A program made the translations under genes and the position numbers. From assembly GCA_050084985.1 (NCBI GenBank), contig JBITNC010000001.1, positions 80,786,001 to 80,850,000 of the forward strand: 64,000 nt of DNA, given 5' to 3'. The stretch comes from Nageia nagi (lineage: Eukaryota > Plantae > Pinophyta). Below are positions 50,808-62,783 of the stretch, piece by piece. The notes under the pieces were generated by a model. The model saw only the letters and a list, made by a program, of their open reading frames with translations, made no database searches and had not been told where the DNA came from. Numbering within the stretch: position 1 is the stretch's first letter; every line of letters starts with the position of its first letter.

Positions 50808-52016
50808 GTCAGTAGAGATGTATCCGTTGAGCTTCTTTGACCAATCTTTGCTCAGTAGGATCCCATATGAATATGAAATGTCCACTACTTGGATATCAGT
50901 GTATTGTTGCACCAGAGACTCGGAAGCTACTTGAATATGCATGTTTGGAAGCATACCGATTACCTTGACTTCAGACTTGTCTAGTTGAGTAACCTTCTTG
51001 GGACTATTCGTGAGGGGAAGGTTCAGCTGTTGGCAAACCTTGTGCGACATGACATTTCCAGCTGCACCATGGCCATTGCCTCCTTGTATAGGTTAATGTG
51101 CTCTTCAGCTATCCTCGTGCCATCAGCCCTGAACTTAGCGATATTTTGAGAAGCATTCTTCGACATGGCGTGTTGTGCCTGGAACATTGATAGGTGTCCC
51201 TTGTCGCCAGGGCATTGCTGGTACAGGCTAAGCCATGGTCTGGACAGGGATTTGAATGATAGGTAAAGGATTAGGAACAATAGGTATATTAGGAACAGGC
51301 TGAAAAGTGATATCTGCTTGAGACACTGTATGGGGCAATGGTCTGAAAGATGAGGAATCATACCCTTCCGACTGAGGTAGTATTGTACTCTTAGAGGCTA
51401 AACCGTCCAAACTTGGTGTCGTTTGTCTAAAGCGAGCTCTGAGCAGCTAAAGCAGTGGTTTTAGAAGCCCTCTTGGAACATTTATAGACTTGATAAGGGG
51501 AGTCGAATAGGTTTGAACTGAATAGGTCGAAACTTGACGGGAATGGTTCCAGTTTGTAGAAAAAAGAAAAGCAAAGAAAAACAAAAAAGGTTTAAAAGGT
51601 AAAAAGATAAAAAGGAGAGGGAAAGGAATCTGTTCTTTCCTAGTCCAAAACATGCACAAGACTTGGAGGAAACATCGTTACTTGTTTCTGTCTGAAAGGA
51701 TTGGTTACCCTATGTGCTCATATGGAATATGGTCTAGGGCACAATAGTCAAAGATGCATGTTGTTAACCGTATACAAGGGAAATACACCGTCGGATTTCG
51801 TTTTTCACAATGAGGAAAGATTGCAAATGTGAACGAAAGCGAAGAAAGATCACAAATGCAGGGACAAACACAGGGATAAGTGCATAGGAATATAAAGAAA
51901 GATGAACTTATGAAGATATCACCAACGATACAGTGTCTCAGCAGGTCATCTCCAGATTCATTAAGGCAGGTGTACTCACTATCAAGCCAGGCAGCAAATA
52001 GCAATATGCGCTCAAG

Positions 52017-52133
52017 TCACTACCAGACGAGCAGGAAGCTATAGGGTCTTGGTGGAAGACTCGGTGGAACAAGGGTAAATGAAGTGAGAGCGTGAATACA
52101 TAGGCCTAATCGAATGACATAGATACAAGCTAT
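52017..52133. repeat. ~117-bp direct repeat of 39752-39870 (probable LTR remnant of the Tat element)
   Basis: TCACTACCAG...AGGGTCTTGGTGGAAGACTCGGTGGAACAAGGGTAAATGAAGTGAGAG...AAGCTAT at both sites. Confidence 0.85.
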
Positions 52134-52139
52134 TAACAA

Positions 52140-52276
52140 ATTAGTGACTTCTATGTTTTTCCTTTAAGAGGATTGCCACTTATGGTATTTGGGGTACAAT
52201 GGTTGAATTCACTAGGAGAGATCACATCCAATTACCAAAAGTTGGAGATGAAATTCAAAATCCAAGGATGTGAAGT
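52140..52276 (+). pseudogene. Short Gypsy protease C-terminal remnant
   Basis: DFYVFPLRGLPLMVFGVQWLNSLGEITSNYQKLEMKF resembles the DxVLGxQWL motif region. Confidence 0.65.
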
Positions 52277-55200
52277 TGCTGTCCCCTTTTGTAAAATATA
52301 ATTAATTATGGACTCCTATGGATTCCCCTTTTTAAATATTTATTTATTTAATCATGCATTAGTTGTAAGTATTTGGTTTAGAAATTATAAAGGTCCGTTG
52401 GACCTCACTATGGGCCCCAAGTGGGATGTCTTCCTCCCAAGCGTAGGGTAGCATGATTTAATGTTATTTTATGTACTTGGAGATCTCGAGAATTGATTAT
52501 GTGAATCCCAAGGCCTTGTATGAAGATTAAAATGGGATCTAGGTGCATGTATGACTCGAAGAAACACAACGCAGGACATGGGGGGTCTTATAGGACCCTA
52601 ACATTGGACTTGGAGGCATCCCATCACCCTTGGAGGCCCACGTCACACCTTAGGGAGGCTCTACACCCCACGTATGAGCGTCTATGACATGTTTGAGGCA
52701 TTTGAGGACCCCTAGGAGGCTAATGTAGGGTAGGGGAGGCATGGATGATTCCGAGGTGATATTTTAGATCCAAGATTGAGCTATATTAGGTGTTGGAGCA
52801 TCATTGAATTGATATACTTGATTTGACAGTATTTCTCCTACGGTCCAATGGATGCAAGTCTTGGCGTAGCGTCAAGAATTCTTCCCCTAGGTGCAAAATC
52901 TAGGAGGGTTAGTAGGCTGAGTGATCTTGCTAATCTACGGCTAAGGTGTAGCATTCTAGTCCATTCGATGGTATTCCGATGTCACTCTTCTATGTTCTGT
53001 GGTTTCCAAGCATGGGAGTTTTGCAATAGAGCATCCAGGCTTGAGGGAGTGAGGCTGTCCCATCTGTTGTACCAGTAATGATCACATTTGTATGTTTGTT
53101 GTGCCCAGGTTGGCTCCTTGGAGGCCAACGTTGAGCCCTTTGGGCCTAGTATTGTATCATTTGTCACTTCTCATCATTAATACAGTCGTGGGCATATTGG
53201 ATCTCAATATTGCCCTTACGTTTGGTGTGTATGCTTCCATTCTTGCAATGCTGGGCTATTTTTGTGCATTTATGCTTGTATATGTGAGACGTTGGCATTG
53301 AGGGATTGTTTATACTTGAATTTGATGCTCTAGTCCATACATGGGTGTGCATTTGATTGAATTTGATAATTAATTGGCTCATTTCCACTTTAGTTTGTAT
53401 TTGGGATCTTACAGTGGTATCAGAGTTGAAGTTCTTGCCACTTGAGAAAATGGAAGTGAGATCTGCAGGCAAAGTGAAAAAGTCAAAATTTGGAAGGGTA
53501 GTTTTCCTCCAGCTTCACCAAAAATTTGAAGACAACAAGATCTCTTCAAAAGAAATGGAGAGGCTCTTGTGGTTTTTGGGTGAACGACATGAGGAGAAAA
53601 TGTGCAAGAAGAGAGGGCAGACGTGGGAGCCTAGATTTGTTCCTCCACACAAGACTCCACCAAAAATTGAAATTTTGCTCCAAATCTACTAGGGAACCAC
53701 CAAAGAGTTCCATAGAGACATCACCTTCCAGCTGTATTAAGATTTTTTAGGATATGAAGTGGTAGCATGGAGAAAATCCAACATGGGAGGAGAGCCAACC
53801 ATGACCCTAATGTTTGGATCTGGGCCACCAGGGGGCACTAAAGACTCGGTTACTCTGCTGGAATTGAAGAAAAGGGGTGAGCGGTAGCTATCGCTTAGAT
53901 CCAGAGCAACCTGTACAGATTGGAGGCCACTACTCATATTTTGTTGGCCAAGAAGATGAGTTCCATCATCCTTGCATCTTTACCCTGACCAAGGGATGCA
54001 CTATGTTGCATTATGAGGAAGCAAAATCTCAACCAACATAGGTCCAATGCCTCCTGGACAAATACCCGGATGTTTTTGGAGATATGCCAAAAGGGTTGCC
54101 ACCCTCTAGAGGATTCGAGCACACCATTGAGATGGAACCAGGAGCAAAATCGGCTATGCTCACTTCCTATTGACATCCAAAGTTCTACAAGGATGAGATT
54201 GAGAAGACCATCAAAGAATTGTTGGACATGGTATTCATACGGCCAAGCTCAAGTCCCTTTGCCTCTTCAATGGTGTTGGTCAAGAAGGACGGGTCCATGC
54301 GGATGTGCATTGACTACCGCATGCTCAACAAGAAGACTATCAAAAACAAGTATCCCATCCCTAGAGTAGATGATCTCATTGATGAATTGCATGGTGCTAG
54401 ATATTTCTCAAAAATTGATTTGAGATCTGGATATCATCAAATAAGGATGAGGGTGGAGGACATCCACAAAACTGCATTTAGATGCCATTATGGTCACTTT
54501 GAGTTTTTAGTTATGCCATTTGGATTGACTAATGCACAAGCCAGTTTCCAATCAGCTATGAATCAGATTTTCAGAGAACAGTTGAGGAAGTTTGTGTTGG
54601 TTTTCTTTGATGACATCTTGGTGTATAGCAAAACGTAGGAGGAGCACCTCCAACACTTGGACAACGTTTTGAGCACATTGTAGGAGCAAAAGTTCTATGC
54701 TAAGCAATCCAAATGTGAGTTTGGCATGACTAAAATCCTGTATTTGGGCCATGTAATCAGCGATGAGGGAGTTAGGGTGGATGAGCAGAAAATTGCAGCT
54801 ATCCAGGATTGGTTGGTGCCTACCACATTGATGCAGTTGAGAGGATTTTTGGGGTTGTGCAATTATTACAGGAGGTTTATATGTAGTTTCTCATACTTGG
54901 TTGCCCCTTTGACGCAAATTGACCAAGAAGGATGCATTCATATGGGGTGAGGGTGCTTAAGAGGCCTTTGAGACTCTCAAAAAGGTTATGTGTTCATTTC
55001 CTTTCTTGGCTATTCTTGATTTTTCAATTCCTTTTACTATTGAGTGTGATGCATCTAAGCTTGGTGTTGGGGTTGTATTCATGCAAAAAGGACAACCAAT
55101 AGCATTTGAGAGCAGGAAACTAATAGGTGCAAAACAAAATTTTGGTGTGTATGATAAGGAAATGTTGGCCATCATGCATGCATTGGAGAGGTTCAGGCAA

Positions 55201-57358
55201 TATCTGGTTTGTGGTCCATTCATCATCAAAAGTTACCTCAATAGCCTAAAATACTTTCTCAGCTAACCGGATCTAGTTTAGAAGCAACAAAGGTGGTTAA
55301 GTAAACTCCAATCCTTTGATTTTGAGATTCAATATATCATGGGAAAGAAGAATACAACTGATGATACATTGTCTAGAAACCCATCTTTTTACTCTCTTTC
55401 CTCTTTTACTGCTGATTGAAAAATGACTATCATGGCTGAAAATGTTGAAGATGAATTTGCTCAAAGCATCTTGGATGGTACTGTAATAAATAAGAGATGC
55501 ATGGTTAGGGAGGGACTGATTTTAAAAAGAAACAAAATTTTCTTGACCCCTAACTCAAAGATGAAGGAAAAGGTGCTCCATGCCTTGCATAATATTCCCC
55601 TTGCAGGTCATCCAAGTATCACGAAAGCATATAAAGCAGTAAGGGAGAGGTTTACATGGAAAGGACTAAAACAGGACATTTTAAAACACGTTTGGAAATG
55701 TGTACAATGCCAGGAAAATAAGGAAGAGAATATAAAACCAGCAGGGTTATTTCAGCCATTGCCCATTCCACAACAGAACTCAGAAGATATCTCCATGGTT
55801 TCATTATAGGTCTTCCAAAGGTGCAAGGTAAAGATTGTATCTTTGTGGTAGTAGATAGGCTTCCTACATTTGCCCATTTCTTTGCCATTACTATCACATA
55901 TACAACAACACAACTGGCTGATTTGTTCTTCAAAGAAATCTTCAAATTGCATGGGTTGCCAAGAAGATTTGTGAGTGATAGGGACAACAAGTTTATGAAC
56001 ATGTTTTGGTGAGAATTGTTTCGATTAAGTGGCACTAATCTAACCCCAAGCACTAGCTATCAACCCCAAATGGATGGACAAACAAAATTGTAAACAGATG
56101 GGTGGAAGGTTACTTGAGGCACTATGTAACAGGACAATGACAAACGTGGGTCAAATGGCTCCACGTTGGGGAGTATTGTTACAATTCTACATACCACTTG
56201 TCTATAAAAATGTCTCCTTTTAAAGCTTTGTATGGTTATGATGCTCCTAACTTGACAGATTTGGTTTTTGGTGAAGGGAAAGCTTCAAAGGCTAAATATT
56301 TCTTGCAGGAACATCAAGACATCATGAGAGCTCTAGAGGAAAATTTGCAAATCGCCAAAATCACCAAAAGAAGTACTTTGACCAAAAAAGGATTGATATG
56401 GCTTTTGAAGTGGGAGAGATGATGTATTTGAGATTGCAAACATTCCGACAATGTACACTCAAGAAGAGAAGAGCAGAGAAAATACAGCCTAGATTCTTTG
56501 GGCCATATAAAATTTTACACAAGGTTGGAGATACTTCTTATGAGCTAGAGCTGCCCAAGGAAAGCAAGATCCACAACACCTTTCATGTGTCACTCCTGAA
56601 GAAGGCCGTGGGACTGCAAGACACATCATCTACCACACTTCCATTGCTTGATGAAGAGGGATGGCTGGTTTTGATTTCAGAAAAGGTATTGTAGACTTGA
56701 ATGAAGAAGTTGAGATCAAGGCAGATTTGGGAATACTTGATCAAATGGAAGGACTTGCCTGATGAAGACTCTACATGGCACATCCATCATTGAATTACTT
56801 GAGGGCAAGCAATTTCGAGAGGGGAGGCTTTGTGACATTCCTTTTTGTAAAATATAATTAATTATGGAATTCTACGGATTCCCCTTTGTAAATATTTATT
56901 TATTTAATTATGCATTAGTTGTTAGTACTTGGGATAGGAATTATAAAGGTTTGTTGGACCTCACTAAGAGCCCCAAATATATCTATGACATGTTTGAGGC
57001 ATTTGAGGGCCCCTGGGAGGCTAAAGTTGGGTAGGGGAGGCATGGATGATTTTGAGGTGATATTCTAGATCCAAGCTTGAGCTATATTAGGCGTTGGAGC
57101 ATCATTGCATGGATATACTTGATTTGACAATATTTCTCCTACTGTGGACGCAAGTCTTGGTGCAACGTCAAGCAATCTTTCCCTAGGTGCAACATCTAGT
57201 AGGGTTACTAGGCTGAGGGACCTTGCTAATCTACGGCTAAGGTGTAGCATCTTAGTCCATCCGGTAGTATTCCAAGGTCACACTTCTACTTTTAGTGGTT
57301 TCAAGGCATAGGAGTTCTGTAGCAGAGCATCCAGGCTTGAGGGAGTGAGGCTATTCCA
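52277..57358 (+). mobile_element. Degraded Ty3/Gypsy chromovirus with both LTRs
   Basis: 5' LTR ~52277-53413. PBS TGGTATCAGAG (tRNA-iMet) 53415-53425. Most of gag/protease is missing. RT-RH-INT-chromodomain ~54100-56815 with many stops ([29 protein letters not shown]). PPT GAGAGGGGAGG 56817-56827. 3' LTR from 56831 is internally deleted and truncated near 57358. Confidence 0.92.
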
Positions 57359-58238
57359 TTCATTTCCATGCATTTTTCATTATTTATTCAGATCTGATTT
57401 AGTTAAGCTAATTGGAGTGATAAGTATGTTTGAATTTAAGGAAATTAGGATTTATTCATGATTGGAATTGGAATAATTTGAGCATTTTGAGTTGAGCCCT
57501 AGTTAGGCTTATAACAAAGCATTGATGGAAGAAGCAATATTTTAGTGCAAGTGTAAGATGTATAAATATAGAGTGAACTCAATTACGAAAGAAAGAAATT
57601 TTGTTAAGTGTCCATGAGTGACCAAAATATATCAATGGTACTTGAGAGAAAACAAGTGGATGTAACTTATGTTAACACCCAAAGGGGGGTCTCTAATATC
57701 AAGAAAAACAAGACTACAAATAACCAACCTAAAGTAGGATGCAAAGTATGTTTTGAACAGCATGTGGAATCATCAATCCAAACAGCACAAATGATATAAC
57801 TCGAGTCCATACAACATGGGCATGTCGAGTTGGAGAAAAATATTGGACCCTTGCATCTAAAAATGTTCTCGAGTAACATAACATTGTACATTAGGAAAGA
57901 ACTAATGGAACCCAAAAGTAATATTTTAGAAACAAAGGTAAATCAATCAAGAAATCTGCTAGAGGTAAACATTGAAACTAATTGTCATTATAGTGTAATC
58001 TTGGAACAATGTATTTAAGAATGCGTTTCAATATTATGAACATTGGCTTATCTGCTCAATACTGCTGAAGATGTGCTTCTTAGGACATTGGTTTTTACAA
58101 TTCCTTAGTTTGCTATGAAGTGAAAGACGTATCTTATAAATTATAATATTCAAGTCTTTGGAATTGATTCTTAATCATCGGTAGACTGTGTTTTGGATCT
58201 TCAAATACAAATTTCAATTTTATCATGTCATAATTCTG

Positions 58239-59557
58239 TGTTCTCAGTTCTCACTATAAAATCTACTGATTACTCAAAACTAATTGCAGAATCAGTAAAT
58301 AACATTTACACATAAATAAGAACACCAGATTTATAGTGAAAAAATCCTGTGGGAAAAAACCACTGTCAAAGAGCTCTAGATATTTATTGATCATAAAATC
58401 AGAGTTACAACCGCAATAGGCCTGAGTGCTACTGTAGCAACAATGCACAAATAACTCCTGACCAACTCCTATCACCAACTCAATAAAATTGCTCTCCAGC
58501 TGCTAATAACAACAGTTAAAAGTCTCCTCAATTAGGTCATTATGGGTATTTAAAAACTATTCTAACATGACTCTTGGGCTTCATATTCTACTCAAGACTG
58601 TCTTTTCACCTTCTATAGTTGGAGACTTTTCAAAGGCTGTCTTTTCACCTTCTACAGTTATTTTAATTCCATTTAAACTTTTCAGAGGCTGTCTTTTCAC
58701 TTTCTACGGTTACTACAACTATAATTGTATATTCTACGGTTACAATAAATGCTATAGTCACAATAACCTTCTACAGTTACCATAACAGCTGCAGTTAACC
58801 TTCTACAGTCAAAGCCACAATAACAAGAGTCTTATACAGTCATTCTTGCAGTAATAGCAGCCTTCTATGGTCACTGTGATAGTAACAGCTACAGTCCAAC
58901 CTTCTATGGTCATCTTCCAGCTACAATCACTCTACAATCATAATTCATCTTTCTACGGTCACCTCCATCTATGCGCAATCTTCTATTGGCTTCTACAGTC
59001 ACTGTAATAAGCATATTTCAGCCTTCTACAGTGATTGTAACTGTTTTTATGGTTACAACATTCTTCAATCACAATAACAATGCAATAACAAGCTGCTAAG
59101 TTGACAATAATGTTGCTATGGTTATAGCCTGCTATGGTTTAGTGCAGAGCTCATAAAATGGTTGAATCTTATCCAAATATGGTTGTGTAACCAGTCGTTA
59201 GCAAGCTTTTTTCGAGATCTATACAACAGTGTATCATTTAGAGATCTGTAGTGAAAGTTATGGCTTCTGAAAGTTGATTGATCTGTTTTTTCAAACTGTA
59301 AGCAAACTCCACAAGACCCATGGTTAATGCTCCAAACACCTGAGCATGAAGACTCCACTCAGAATCCTCACTCAAAGATGTTTATTTTACATACATATGA
59401 TCCTTTTCGGATTAGGAATGTCCACGACTCTACATACAAGCAAAAAGCGGGAGATCTATAGTTAGCAGCAATGAAAACTTTATCTTGCAACATGTAGAGG
59501 AATCATATTGCTGCTTTTCATATGGAATTAGCTAATTGATATATCCATATTACAACA
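58239..59557 (-). mobile_element. Probable solo LTR (~1.3 kb) with an internal CTTCTAYRGT motif array
   Basis: TGTT...AACA termini; flanks TTCTG/TTCTT (one mismatch). More than 10 copies of CTTCTAYRGT-like motifs at 58597-59040. Orientation is tentative. Confidence 0.5.
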
Positions 59558-59707
59558 TTCTTATATGTGAATTAAGTCTTTAACTGACCTTTCACGTTCA
59601 TTATGTGTAGCCAAGGACAGACTACGTAATCTGTGGGTGCCCAAATTTGTGTTATCATTCTGTATATAGTTTTTGTTATGCTAAATCATTGGCATTATCT
59701 GTATATA

Positions 59708-60002
59708 GACCTGCCAATCATCAGACCTTCATGGGTATGGGATACATATTACATCTCATAGGTTTGGTTGGCACAGCCACACGCATGATGGTACATTTAC
59801 ACATCAAGGATAATAATATACATTGAATCTCCGATGGGTACTTAAAAACTTTATTCTGGTAGTATGGCCAGGACACTAGACCTGCCAACTATCAGACCTT
59901 CATGGGTATGGGATACATATTACATCTCATAGTTTTGGTGTGTACAGCCACAAGCATGATTGTACATTTACACAGCAAGGATAATAATATACATTGAATC
60001 TC
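59708..60002. repeat. Tandem duplication of ~124 bp (period ~171 bp)
   Basis: GACCTGCCAA...TCAGACCTTCATGGGTATGGGATACATATTACATCTCATAG...CATTGAATCTC at 59708 and 59879. Confidence 0.9.
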
Positions 60003-60007
60003 ATTTC

Positions 60008-60887
60008 CATAGTTGGAAAAATCAGATTGGAATTGGATAAAATTGCCTAAAATTAGAATCGGCCAAGCAAACAATCCGATTCGAATCGGATCCGATTTTT
60101 TTCAAATAAGTGTTTATCCGATTTTTTCCAATTCCAATTCTGATTTTGTTGACAAAAAAATTGTGATTTTATAGCAAAAAATCAACATTGAATCAGTCGA
60201 CGATTTTTCAGGATTTTGTCCGATTTTTGGCTGATTTTATCCGATTTTTCCTGATTTTATCTAATTTTTCCCAATTTTTTGATTTTACAGCCTTAGGATT
60301 TTGATTTCACCTTTGAAGAGTATCAAAGGATGGAAGAACAAGTTGTACATTGGCAATGGAAGCAAAAGGGGCCCAACGGGGTACATTAGCAGCAGGACCA
60401 TCACATAGAGGAGCTGATCTTGAAGATGATATTGATGATGATGAACCTCTAATAGCAACTAGGTCCAGGGTTGCAAAAGAGAGATTGCGAAAGGCAAAAC
60501 ATGGATGATAGCTCATAGCAGTGTTGCAGTAGCGATCACTAGATGAATGTTTTGAATCTTGTGATTCAGATTTTGTTATGTCACATTGAAAATCTTTAAT
60601 GTTTTTGATCCTTGACACTTGGACATTCAATATGTAATATAGAACTCTACAATTTCTTTGATATGCAATGTTGGATATTTTATGTGTTATTCTATATGGA
60701 ATGTTGTCTATTTGATATGCAATGTTGAGATTTAGCTAAAACTGATTTGTTTTAATATCAAATAGGAGAAATTCCTTCATTTTTTCTCCAAGCTGATTTT
60801 ATCTGATTTTTTTGCCAATTTTATCCGATTTTTCAAAAAATCCGAATCTTGCAACCAAATGATTCCGATCCGATTTTTCTAACTATG
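60008..60887. mobile_element. Non-autonomous hAT DNA transposon (880 bp)
   Basis: TIRs CATAGTTGGAAAAATC / GATTTTTCTAACTATG. Perfect 8-bp TSD CTCATTTC (60000-60007 and 60888-60895). Many subterminal CCGATTTT motifs. Confidence 0.95.
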
Positions 60888-61254
60888 CTCATTTCTATGT
60901 ATAATGTATTATCTGTCTTATTTCTATGTAAGGTGTATTATCTGCACTTGATGTAGATGTATTGCTTTTTTGTTTATCTGTTAAGTGTGTTCTGTTTCAA
61001 AATTATTAGTGTACATTATCCTCCTAATCTAACAAAGATATACTCTGAATGGATTAGTATGTTGGTTCCATTTTACATTTAAATGCATATTCTATTCATA
61101 TAGTGGAATAAAAATCCAGTGAAAAACTAAAAACTTGAAAAGGGGTTAGAATATCTAGAAACCTTTAGCTTGTGCACTTGTTTACCTGTTGTGCTTATCC
61201 ACTGAAATATGGTAACAGTATCATCTGAAAGGTTTTCCATTGTTCACTTTGCAG

Positions 61255-61367
61255 GCTGTCTTATCATCATTGGCATCAGACTTCCTAGCTAGACTAGATG
61301 AAGATAATCTGGAAACTGGACGGAGACCACGCTTATTTACAATGAAATGGCGGCAAAAGGGTAAGGG
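61255..61367 (+). CDS. POLI: DNA polymerase iota-like gene, exon G (little finger)
   Basis: ctttgcag|GCT...AAG GG|gtaagt. Encodes AVLSSLASDFLARLDEDNLETGRRPRLFTMKWRQKGK; compare Pol iota LLASLLNRVCQDGRKPHTVRLIIRR. Phase matches exon F. Confidence 0.88.
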
Positions 61368-61709
61368 GTAAGTTTAAGTTGTTACTGACCACTGTATTCT
61401 GTATATCATTGTGTTTTAATAGATCTTATGTGCTAAGCTTTTGACTTCTTTGTTGAAACAATCTGTTACTTTGAAAGCAGAAAATAAATTTATGCATCAT
61501 TCTTTGTTTATGTCTGTTTTTCCTAAGAGTGCAATAAAATGGTTGAACTGATTTTGCCATTCAATAGATGGAAATTGATCCTATAACCAATGCTTTTCAT
61601 TGTATAAATTTATATATTTTTTCCATTGCTTTAGAACATTCCAAGCACCTATCCTTTTGAATTGAACTTGTTCTCTGATATATTTTTATCGTACATTGGA
61701 ATACTGAAG

Positions 61710-62092
61710 GAGTTTGGCCAGTACATCAACTCAAATGCCGTCAGAGCTGCTATCAACCAAATGTTCTATGGACAGAAGAAAGCAAATTTTAGTCCAAACA
61801 GGGATGAGCCTTATGTCTCGCAGTCTCAGGGGACATTCTTTTTCAGTTGTCGTGCTAAATATTGGTGCCACAAATTTCATCGATTCTCATGGTGGCAGTT
61901 CAAGTGTTTCACAAGACATACGCTCTTTTCTGCAGAACTCTACTAAAGATGAGGATAGTTATACTGCTACCAAGCATGAAATGGTGTCCTTCAGGGAGGT
62001 TGTGGAAACGGATTGGTCAAGGATAAGCCATCTCTGTCCATCTTCGTTTGTCGAGAGGCTTGAGGAATATCCTGAAGAATATTTCTTATCAG
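61710..62092 (+). CDS. POLI: DNA polymerase iota-like gene, exon H (end of little finger, start of C-terminal region)
   Basis: ctgaag|G AGT...TCA G|gtattt. Encodes SLASTSTQMP...FSVVVLNIGATNF.... Open in the ORF track (61714-62139). The acceptor is weak (AAG/GAG tandem) and the donor is inferred. Confidence 0.75.
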
Positions 62093-62783
62093 GTATTTTG
62101 TTCATTCACCTTCCCACACTTGTTTTTTATCTGTTATAGCATTTGTTACGTAAATAATCTCAGTGTGACATTTCATTGCTATCTGATTTTTGTGCCAGTC
62201 AATTATGTGCTCTTGACTCCTCTTCAATGCTGTAAATTTATGAATTTGTAAATTATCATTATCAGTGTATGCTTCATGTCAAAGTACCACTAAAAAGGAC
62301 ATTGATAACATGGCTGTTGATTTGGATTGATGACATAAATCCAAAGAGAACACACCAATTGCAGAGTACTGATTCTGAAAAACAAACTCGCATGTAAACA
62401 AGAAAATATGCATGAGGGAGACATCCTTATTAAATAAATTGTAAAGATACATAGATACTTTGTACAGAATGTGAATTCAAAATACATATACAAAATTTGT
62501 TTGTACGCTTTGTGTAGAGATGTATAGTAGTTTATCTCTCTATAATGGAGATGTCATTGACTCTGTATCTCCATGTAGAGAACTGTTGTCCTGCATATAC
62601 AGAAACAAGATACCGACAGATCTTACTCTGCTTCTACCTTTTGCCTTCCTTCGATCTCTTCTCTTTCTTACAAGTGCACAATACATATAATGAAGAACAA
62701 AAGAAGTGTTTTATGAGAGAGTTGGACTTTTGATCCTTATTAGGGTATCAGTTGAGCTATCTAATTGTTCATGTACCTTCATG

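Larger units (their letters stand above)
46223..51400 (-). pseudogene. Ty3/Gypsy Tat-type gag-pol (PROT-aRH-RT-RH-INT), degraded
   Basis: Protease C-terminus 50703-51050. Extra RNase H: WVLKFDGS (~50215) ... CNSAEYEAL ... GDSKLVVNQ (~49490). RT: FLDGYSGYNQI, MPFGL, YMDDL. RNase H 47570-48166. Integrase 46223-47380 (GH...CHVC, WGLDFIG, YPQGN, WLGPF); no chromodomain. Confidence 0.93.

Noticed and set aside
53415-53425. tRNA-related sequence (also 31382)
   Set aside because: Only short primer-binding sites complementary to tRNA-iMet; no cloverleaf.
2735-62092. Calling the host gene POLH, POLK or REV1
   Set aside because: VVTCNY, NGEDLT and EDSF match iota. The eta-type IAVSYEAR with a longer loop before DL, the kappa-type TANYxARxxGVRxAMP and the REV1 SCDE motifs are not seen. 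A phylogeny is still needed.
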